A stretch of DNA of 64,000 bases, from the NCBI GenBank assembly GCA_951406725.2, contig OX597825.1:33914001-33978000 (forward strand). The letters run 5' to 3'. This document shows, in pieces, positions 54,201 through 64,000 of this stretch; the first letter of the stretch is position 1, and each line of letters begins with the position of its first letter. The position numbers were made by a program, and so were the translations under genes. The notes beneath the pieces were generated by a model that saw only the letters and a list, made by a program, of their open reading frames with translations, did no database searches and was not told where the DNA came from. Origin of the DNA: Octopus vulgaris (taxonomy: Eukaryota).

Positions 54201-54502
54201 TATATCTTTAGTTAAATATATTCAATGAGAATATTATATACTGAATTTATATTAGGTGCTCTATTGTATCAAAGTATTAATACTATTAAAGTATTTATAT
54301 ATTTGATATGAGCGATTATATATATATTATTATTAATATTAGGAAATCAATATCAGAAAACTCCTCAGAAAGATATACATGTGTGAAAAATAATTGTTGT
54401 TAAAAATATAGAAATATGTATAAAAATATGTGTAAATATGTATAAGTATAAATATATAATGTATACGACAGTTTAAAAGTTTTTAATTAAGTATTTAAAG
54501 CA

Positions 54503-54590
54503 TCTTACGATCGTTTCAAAGAATTGTTGCCCCTATAATGAAATCTTTTATTGATAAGCATTTATAGACAACTCTTCTGCTCTTCAGAGA
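54503..54590 (-). ncRNA. Hammerhead ribozyme core (Penelope-type)
   Basis: tct-CTGAAGA-imperfect stem II-GAAA-cgatcg-TA-aga. Confidence 0.6.
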
Positions 54591-54935
54591 AATAAAATTT
54601 GAACTTTGTATAACATATCCAATAGTTTTTTTGTTTTTTTAAAATTTGAATTAATACTATGAAATGGTGTTTGTTTGAAATACAAATTAAAAATTTAAAA
54701 TTACTGCTTTTGATGAGAGTCTTTAAATCCATATATACTTCCTTGGTTAGTCTTCTGCAATAATCCATAATATTCATATGAAAAATCCGTTATATTGTCT
54801 TGTATTCTAAATATAGTTTCACATTTCTAAACTAACTATATGAACAATATATATATATATATATATGAACATAATATATATATATAGGTCCAACTCATGC
54901 TAGCATGGAAAGCAGACATTAAACGATGATGATGA

Positions 54936-54972
<37 letters not shown>

Positions 54973-55013
54973 TCGCCGTGTTCTCTTTTAGAGAGACTTA
55001 GTAATTTTTATAT

Positions 55014-55058
<45 letters not shown>

Positions 55059-55094
55059 TATGTATGTATATATATATATATATATATATGTATG

Positions 55095-56850
55095 GATCAG
55101 GAGAAATACCTAGCCAAACCTAAACCTCTGTACTTAGCTTTTGCTGACTTGGAGAAAGGCTTTGACAGGGTCCCCACTATCCCTTATCTAGTGGTCAATA
55201 CAGATACTAGAGATAGACGAGTGGTTAGTGAGACTGTACAAGCCATGTACAGGGGTGCTACCATTAAGGTGAGAGTTGGCATTAAGGTGAGAATTCAGGG
55301 TACAAGTAGGGGTTCACCAAAGATTGGTCCTCAGGCCCCTTTTGTTCATTATATTCCTCCAGGCAATAACAGAGGAATTCAAGACAGGCTACCCCAGGGG
55401 GCTCCTCTATGCTGATGACCTTGCTTTTATAGCTGAATCACTACCAGAATTAGAGAAGTTCCGGGTATGAAAGCAAGGTCTAGAATCGATAGGCTTTAGA
55501 GTTAACCTAGCAAAAGCCAAAATCTTAGTAAGCAGGAAGACAAATAAATCAGAAATCCTTTCAGATGGCCTCCTTGGTCTGTAGCAAAGGTGTAAGTAGA
55601 AATACCATAAGATGCACTGGGTGTAAGCTTTGGACACATAAAAGGTGCATCAGTCAGAGGAAGGTTAACAGGGAAATAGCTTTTGTATATGGAAGATGTA
55701 CAGGTGCAATAAACACTGAAAATGTTCATAAAATAGACTCTATCAACTGCCAGTAGGTAAGCTAGAGGTAGTAGAGCTTCCATTATATAGGTGACCAAGT
55801 TAGTTGTGGAGGTGAATGCTCCGTGAGTGTAGCTGTGAGAATAATAATAGGCTGGGCAAAGTTCAGAGAGCTCCTACCTCTGCTGGCAACAAAAGCCCTC
55901 TCTCTCAGCATGAAAGTCAGATGCCTGTGTGCATACAGCTATGCAACATGGCAGTGAAACATGGGTTGTGACAGCCAAGGACATGTGTCGGCTTCAAAGA
56001 AATGAAGCCAGCATGCATCATTGGATGTGCGATGTCAGTGTGCATGTTCGATAGAGTGTAAGCATCTTGAGAGAAAAGTTAGGTATATGAGGTATAAGAT
56101 GTGATGTGCAAGAGAGACAACTGCGTAGGTATGGTCATGTGATGCATCTGAATATGGACAGCTGTGTAGAGAAGTTCCGATCTCTAACTGTGAAGTGAAT
56201 GTGTGGAAGAGGTAGACCCAGCAAGACATGAGACGAAGTGGTGAAGCATGTTCTTCAAACTTTGGACCTCACAAATGCAATGACTAGTGACCGAGACCTT
56301 TAACAATATGCTGTGCTTGAGAAGACCCGTTAAGCCATGTGAAATTGCAGTCATGACTGATGCTGGTGTGACATAACTGGCACCCATGCCGGTGGCATGT
56401 AAAAAGCACCTTTCGAGTGTTGGGCTTCACAGAGGCAAAATGGCTGAACTTCTTTTGAGTGTTGGGCCTCACGAAGGCAACGACCGAGACCTTTGGCTCA
56501 AGTGTTTGGCCGCTCAGAGGCAATGACTGAGACCTTTGGCTTGAGTGTTGGGTCTCCCAGAGGCAATAACCAAGACCTTTGGCATTATATCATGCTTGAG
56601 AAGAAGACCTATGAAGCCAAGCAAAATTGCAGTTGTGGCAGATACCAGTGTCAATCAAGTGGAATCCATGCCAGTGATACATAAAAGCACCCATTATACT
56701 CTCAAAGTGGTTGGTGTTAGGAAGGGCATCCAGCCATAGAAACCGTGCCAAGTCAGACTGGAGTCTGGTGCAGCCTTCCAGCTTGTCAGCCTCGGTCAAA
56801 CCATCCAACCCATGCCAGAATGGACAACGGACATTAAATGATGATGATAT
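55095..56850 (+). mobile_element. RTE LINE, 5'-truncated, with tail
   Basis: QEKYLAKPKPLYLAFADLEKGFDRVP; LLYADDL; same family as 8170-9185; (GAT)n tail. Confidence 0.9.
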
Positions 56851-57039
56851 ATACATATGTGTGTGATGTGTGTGTGTGTGATTAATCAGTTTTATTTCAA
56901 GATTTCTAACCAATAGAGCAAGAGCCAGTTTCTAAACAAGATCCAAGACTCCTTCATTGGAATTTCAACATCAACAACAGGATATTTTTTTTTTGAATGT
57001 AAGTATGTATGTATATGTTCAGATTTGTAGGTTTTGTTT

Positions 57040-59510
57040 TATTTATGTATTCTCATGCATATAGTTGCATATCTAAACATGCTCATATATATTTGAATGA
57101 CAAACTTCTGGAAAGTTTCACAGATTTTTACAGTTCTAGTGATGGATTGGATCTGTAGTCTTTGAATTAGCTTTCTCTTTTCTGGTTTTGAGAAGCTTAA
57201 TTTCTCAAGATTGGTATTTAGTGTGTTACATATCCCAGTACCCCAATAATTACAGGTATAAACCTGAACTTGTAATCTGGATAGAGTAACTGTGTAGGTA
57301 TTCTAATAGTTCAGCGTAGGTATTCTCTTTTTCATAGATCTTCAGCTTTATGTTAACATCTGCTGGGCAGCTAATTTCCACAAGTATACACAGTTTCTCT
57401 TCTCTATCAGGTCTATTGTGTTTACATTGTACTGAGGTTTTCCCTGGTACATTCCAGCAGTGCTCCTTTTTATTATGAGTGGCTATATCTTCTACCATAC
57501 TGTGGGTTCTATTTCTTTGTCCTTGGGGTTATCATTCCGATAGATTTCATTATAGAGTGTCCTCACAACAAAATCATGTCTCATTGGTAGATTATACTGT
57601 GATGATATTTTCAGACAACTGCTTATGATGTGGGTGATATCTTCAATGTTAACTCCTCAAAGTCTTCATCGGTTGTCACATTTTACTGCTTTTCCTGCAT
57701 CTCTATTCCTTTTGTGCATCAGGTATTTGGTTGATATTTCCTGTTCCTGGATTGCAAACACACTCTTCAAAGTGGGAGTTAATAATTTGGCTATTGGTCC
57801 ATGATAGACTGCTTTGATGATCGATGTTGCTGTCATCACGGAGCTTTCCACTAACATATATATGTATAGTCTTCAGCTCATGTATGCTCCTCTTTTCATC
57901 TGAGGATATGTTGCAGTAGAGCCCTGTGACTTCTTTGGGCATGTATTCAAGGTTCTCAGACAAAGAATATTACTCAAGCAGCTTCCTTACAAGTCTTATG
58001 ATGTTATCAGCCCCATGTATGCAAACTTGGTCAAGAGATGTACTTCGACATTTGGTGGATAAAAGCTGTTGCTGAAGGGATATGATATGACATTCAAAGG
58101 CATTTTGGATCGATGTTAAGCCTCTGCCATCTTGTTTTCGCTTTAGGTTGGGGTGGTCTACGTCACTGTTTATGTGGAAATTATGTGTGGTTGTTAGTAT
58201 TTTTCGAGTTTTCACATCAATGTCTCGGATCTCATCAAGAATCCAATCAAGCAGCCCAAATGTTAGTATGAGTACTGGCACTGCAAACACTTTTTGAGCC
58301 ACTGTTTTATTAAATGCAGAGAATTTTGAGGTTCAAATTTTCAAATTTTCTTTATTCAGCTGTAATATTCTTTAGTGACACATGTTTTGTTATAGGTGCC
58401 ATTGTAAGATACATTTTCATCCAGCCCTAGATACCTGTAACATTTCTCGTCAGATATAGGGAAAACAGTCAAACCATTGATGGAGATGTTGCTAGTCTGG
58501 CTTACAGTTTTCACCCTTTTCACAACCATATAACAACATTTATCCTGAACAAACTCCGACCCTACATCCTATGAGAATGTTGTAACTCGGTCAAAACTCT
58601 TTTTCATCTCATACATATTCTTTGCATAAAGTTTCAAGCCATCCACAAAGAAACAGAGTGTAATTTTGGTATTTCTGTTTCCTTGTGAATCAAAGAGATA
58701 TCCTTCAAACTTCCTTAACATGAATGACAAGGGGTTTACAGAAAGCATAAACAACATCACAGAGAGGCTGTCCCTTTGGAATATGCCTTTTGCATTCTAT
58801 CAGTGATAATACAGTCATTCTTTGTTTAATTTCAAGATGGTAGCCCTCGGTGAAGTCAGGTCAGCTATGACATTGACTTTGCTCACTGGAACTCTAGCAA
58901 GTTGAAGGGCTCCTAGCTTCCATGAGTAGAGAATAGAGTCAAAGTTGTTTTTTTTTTGTAGTCTAGCCACATTTAAACTAGGTTCCTCCTATGCTCTCGC
59001 ACCCCTGACATCACGGTTCTGTTGATTAACAATTGCTCAGCAATCCCCAGACTCCATTTCTCCCAGTTGCTTGTTCTGCCTTGATGATGTTATTGATTTC
59101 ACAATAGTCCTGGAGGAAGAGGTTTAAGCATGCTGTATGTATCTTATACATTAATTTCTGGTATGCAATTGGCCAGTAATTTTTGCTGTGTGGGTGGTTC
59201 TGCATTTGGGGATCAATTTTGTCTCTGCCAGAGCTAACTAGTGGGGTATACTATTTTTCCCATTGAGAGCTTGCTGGTACAGATTAATAAGATATGATCG
59301 GTAGAAGGTTAGCTTCTTGTACCAATATCCAACAATGAAGTCTGTTCACAGTGCTTTTCCATTCTGGAGTTTCAGGATCGCAGTTGCAAGAGTATCACCA
59401 TCAATGCTGTGTGTCTTGGGTATAATGCAAGAGCAATAACTTCTTCGGATTTCTTCCAGTTACAGAGCAACTTGGTTAAACTCCTTCTCTTTGCTCTAGA
59501 TTTTCTTCCA
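57040..59510 (-). mobile_element. R4/Dong-type LINE (RT plus RLE), decayed
   Basis: GIFQRDSLS, FFVDGLKLY, DIDVKTRKIL, GRGL, HNRPD and VEISCPADVNI. Confidence 0.85.
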
Positions 59511-60329
59511 GTTACTTTAGCCAGTATGTAGTATAGCTGGCAGGAACTATGGAATCTGTTGGAATGTCACTAGCTGCAAAAACACGCAGCAGTTTTACAT
59601 CATGTATGTATGTATACTAATGTGTAAGTATATATACACATATACATACAGAGCACTCTGAGATGAGTGGGAGGGAGAAAGGAAAGTAACCTCAAACCAA
59701 AGGCCTAATCTGAATGTGAGCAATATAGTGAACTCCAGTGAAAGCACCTAAGATGGCAGGCAGGGATGTTAAACTAGATCACAAATTAAGATTCTCAACA
59801 AAACAGGAATATGACAAGATTTGAACTCAAAAACACATCGAGTTGAACAAATGCCACAAAGCACTTGATCCAATGTTTTTGCCATTCTGCTCATCCATCA
59901 CCCTGGATTAGTGCTTTTTTTATCAACCCTGAAAGGATGAAAGTCAAATTCGACCTGTCATAAGAAAGCACAAATGACTATTTTCCAATAAATTTTGGAC
60001 ATTTCCAAGTTTGCTCCGAGAAAAAATGATAATGAATACACTAGCAAGGCTTGTGTGGTTAAGAAGCATGCTTTGCAACCATGTAGTTTTGGGATCAGTC
60101 CCACTGTGTGGTACTTTGGGCAAGTGTCTTCCACTACAGCTCTGAGTCAATTTGGTTGACAGAAACTGTGTGGAAGCCTGTTGTGTAGATGTGTGTGTGT
60201 GTACATTTCTGTTTGTCCCCCACCACTGCTCAACTATACATGTTGGTTTGTTCACATCCTCATAACTTAGTGGTTTGGTGATAGAGAATAATAAAAATAA
60301 GTACTGAGGTTAATTTGTTCATCTAAATG

Positions 60330-60681
60330 AGTGGTTCTCAACCGAGGTCTATATGGCCCTTTAGGGTTCATATAATATTTTAGGGGGTCCAAGAAATGAA
60401 ATCGTAAGTTGAGGATCCATAATACTATTTTAAGGGCCCCTGAAAAAATTTTGCATTAGATGTATGTATTGTGGTGTAATGCAAGAAACAGCTGGATGCT
60501 TTTTCTCTAACATTTTTATAGTTCGACCTACTCAAGTTAAAGTGTGAAAAACAAAATAGGAATTTTAAAAGAAGTTTCCATAAAACTAGTTTTTGAACAT
60601 TGAATGGTAATGAGGTGCGAGTCTACCAGAATACAATAGTAACAAAAAGGGTCTGCAGATAAAAAGTGGTTGAGAACTCCT
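60330..60681. mobile_element. hAT-like MITE inserted in a SINE
   Basis: TIRs agtggttctcaacc / ggttgagaactcct. Confidence 0.5.
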
Positions 60682-62180
60682 AAAGCCTTCAAGCTGGTGC
60701 CCCAGCATGTCTGCAGTTTAATGAATACAACAAGCAAAAAAAAAAAGATAAAAAGAAGTAAATGAAGGAAATAAGGAACTGCAACTTACTGGTTAATTAA
60801 AAATATAATTTCCACAAATCAGTGACTGCTCTGAATCAATACTGTGTCAAGCTAAATGGTTTTTTTATTTTTAATTTCAGTCCTTTACATTCTGATTTCA
60901 AATCTTCTTGGGATTTGCTTGCTTGTTAGTTCTTTCGTTGGTTTGGTAAACTAATTATAATGAAGAGTGTGGTATCAATATGTATAAGCTACACAGTGAC
61001 TTCTTATCCACTTGAAACAAATGTTGGATTTGTATCTAAAGTGAGATTTAATATATTTTGTCAATAAGATTCTATGTTCCTTTCCGTGTATAATTTTACT
61101 GTATTGGTGTGACTTTAAATACTTGTGTGCGTGCCTCTGTGTATGCTATGTAGGCAATTATTTCTAAATATAGATATGTGTATACATGCATATATACATA
61201 TGTGTGTGCCATAAAAATGGGCATATGCGTGTATGTATGTGTAAGTAATTCAATTGAATAGTAATTGAGGGCAGGAAGTTCTTTAAAGTAACAAACAAAA
61301 TTTTAAAAATTCATTTCAAAAACAATCCTTAGCATTCTTTTTTTCTCAATCTACGATTTACGAATCTTCACACTGATGTTCCAGTACAATACTTACTTGT
61401 TTAATATTCTATTTATTAAGGCAGTGAGCTGGCAGAAACGTTAGCATGCCAAGCAAAATACTTAACTGTATTTCGTCTGTCTTTTCAAATTCCACTGAGG
61501 TTAACTTTGCCTTTCATCCTTTCAGAGTCAATTAAATCAGTACCAGTTCGCACTGGGGTCAATATAATAGGCTTAATCCCTTTGTCTGTCTTTGTTTGTC
61601 CCATCTATATATAGCCCCCAGTAAGCAATAAAGAAATAAATAATTTATTTATTCAAGGTGGCAAGTTGGCAGAAACGTTAGCATGCCAGGCGAAATGCTT
61701 AGCAGTATTTCATCTGTCTTTATGTTCTGAGTTCAAATTCTGCTGAGGTCAACTTTGCTTTTCATCCTTTCAGGTTCGATAAATTAAGTACTAGTTGCAT
61801 ACTGGGGTCAATCCAGTCAACTGACCCCCTCCCCAAAGATTTCGAGCCTTGTGCCTAGAATAGAAAATAATATTTTATTTATTCAGAAATTGTCTGTTGC
61901 CACTAAAAACAGTGGAACTATGATGATGATGTTAGCCATAAAACGAGTCAATTTCATTGAATCCCAGTGCTCAACTGGTACTTATCTTATCAACCAAAAA
62001 AGGAAGGCAGGCAAAGTTGACCTTGGTGGAATTTGAATTCAAAACATGGATATGGATGAAATGCTGCTAACCATTTTGTCTGCTGTGCTATCAAATCTGC
62101 CAGTTTGCCAACCTATTGTTAATGTTCATATTAACATGATTCTTAAGTTAATGCAAACAAACTCATATTTATGCATAAAC

Positions 62181-62584
62181 CTTTTTAGTAAGCAGAGCAA
62201 TTTCTTCCAGGTCTTTGCTAAGGTATACTCATCCAGTAATTCTAAGGTTGTATGGCTGACAGTATTTCTCAGGAAATTCACAAGTCCATAAGAATTTTAT
62301 CTCTTTTTTTTTAGAACTTTATTGATGTATTTATTTTGGCTGCTGCTTTTCAACAGATATGATCTAAGTGAAACCATATGATTCTTAAAGGTTTTCTGGA
62401 TTCATGTTAAGTCTTTTTGTCTGCAATAGACATTTAAGAGCAGATTCTAACAACACACATACTCTTTCAAATTTATTGATGGACATGGAACCAGCATCAC
62501 CTCTCTCCCGCATTATGTTTGAAACTTTAGGGACTAGTTCAAAATGTTCACACAGCCCAAAGCATACTAGATTCTGCATCCACG
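62181..62584 (-). pseudogene. Possible fossil ectodomain exon (FnIII-like strand pattern)
   Basis: Polypyrimidine acceptor ...ggatag|C and donor AAG|gtttat; 3' part reads EIKFLWTCEFPEKYCQPYNLRITG*VYLSK; stops and frameshifts. Confidence 0.3.
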
Positions 62585-63149
62585 CTATCCAAAAACAAAA
62601 AAGGAAAAGGATGAAAGATGTTTCCAAGCCACAAGTTCACAATGCCAGTTTCCTGGATTCTGGAACATGTCTGTTCTTTCCCTTGATGGGACATTGGTTT
62701 GTCGCAGGATTACTCATTTTTACCAGCTGAGAGGAGTGACACAATGTGAAATGAAGTCTTATGATTAATAGCATAACACATCACCTGGTCCAGGAATTGA
62801 AATCACACTCCTATGATCACGAGTGCAACACCCTACCATGAAGCTACACACTTCCACTCTCTATATATCAATATGGCACAAATGTATGTTATAATTATTG
62901 GAGAAATTTGACACCCTAACTCAAGAATCATGATCACTGTATACAAGATTTAAAATTTGAAGCCACTGCAAGCACAGGGCAAAATGCTACAAAAATTTTA
63001 CTTACAAACCAGCTGCCATTGGTTTTGAAGTGTGGCCTCTTTTGACCGTCAGAAAATAGTATAACACACAATCAGTATTTATCATCTCCTCTTTATCTAC
63101 ATCAGCATCAATAGAAGGCAGTGAATCTCAACACTTGACTATTATTACT

Positions 63150-64000
63150 AGATTACTAGCTAAGTACTTGTTACAGTTTCATCTACCATCTGGTTTGCAG
63201 CATTCCAAAACAGTCATGAAATTCTGGATCTTGAGTAATAATCTATTTCATATGTGTATGAGTAACTGGTACACACTCAAGATTACTTATGTAAGAACAT
63301 GTGCAATTCATTTGTCATTTGTTGCTTCCATTTCACATCTAGAACTATTTGTAGCCTCTTTGTGTAGCATCAATTTAGCCCATTTAATAATTTCTTTGTT
63401 AGTGTCCATATTTCATTGCCATATAATATCACTCATTCAACAGTTGCAATGAACACCTTCATTTTGATTCGCCTGGACAATTTGGAGTCCCAGACTTTCT
63501 TTAGTTTGTGACAGGCTTTCCATGCTTGTATCTTCTTGATCTTGGTGTCTGCTTCGAAACTGCTCACCCAACTACCAAATACTTGAATTCTTCAGCAACC
63601 TTCAATTTGCAACCACTCAGAGCAAACAGTTCAGTATCACTTGATTGGTTGAAAATCATGTATTCCATTTTCTTGATGTTTGTATGCAGTCTTATCTTTG
63701 CAGCCGATGCTTCTACTCTGCTGAACAGCTGTTTAGCTTGATATGAGTGATCTATTAGATAAGAGTGTTGTATCATCTGAAAAAGTCCAGGTTTGTGATG
63801 GTTACTGTTGGCACTCTCCATGATCATTGCTCGTCTATGATGAAACTAAGGTTTTCATCACTGTTGTCTATTGGATTTTATGCATTGCATAATTCAATAC
63901 AATTACAAACAAATATGATGCTAGTGTATTTCTTTGTAGTACCCCAGCTAGTATTTAAAAGAATTCAGAGTGCCAAAAATTGACTGAAAGAGGGAAAAGC
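63150..64000 (-). mobile_element. RTE-type LINE RT fragment
   Basis: GVLQRNTLASYLFVIVL; EEFKYL; AWKACHKLKKVW. Confidence 0.8.

Overview
AT-rich, microsatellite- and SINE-dense animal genomic DNA. The SINE, RTE and Penelope families look like those of coleoid cephalopods (Octopus); this is an inference from repeat sequence only. Most ORF-track entries are microsatellite or transposon noise. By hand splice-site reading, the minus strand holds an intact 9-coding-exon gene (44870->14940, about 428 aa) with consistent phases and no stops. It encodes a signal peptide, a propeptide ending in an RSRR furin site, an extracellular Cys-rich PLAT/LH2-like domain, two tandemly duplicated fast-diverging stalk exons, a TM helix and an acidic tail with Tyr motifs. 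Its introns hold decayed, skippable exons, one of which resembles an IL-17-receptor SEFIR domain, so the gene may be a chimera built on a dead IL-17R-like scaffold. A possible alternative GPI-signal terminal exon is present. The 3' end of a tail-to-tail paralog with an expanded Tyr-motif repeat sits at 1-378. The rest is mobile DNA: Penelope-like remnants with minimal hammerhead ribozymes and long hairpins, a rearranged Gypsy element with an LTR-PBS-LTR junction, a solo LTR, RTE, L1/Tx1 and R4-type LINEs, Tc1 and mariner fossils, MITEs and SINEs. Repeat boundaries are approximate.
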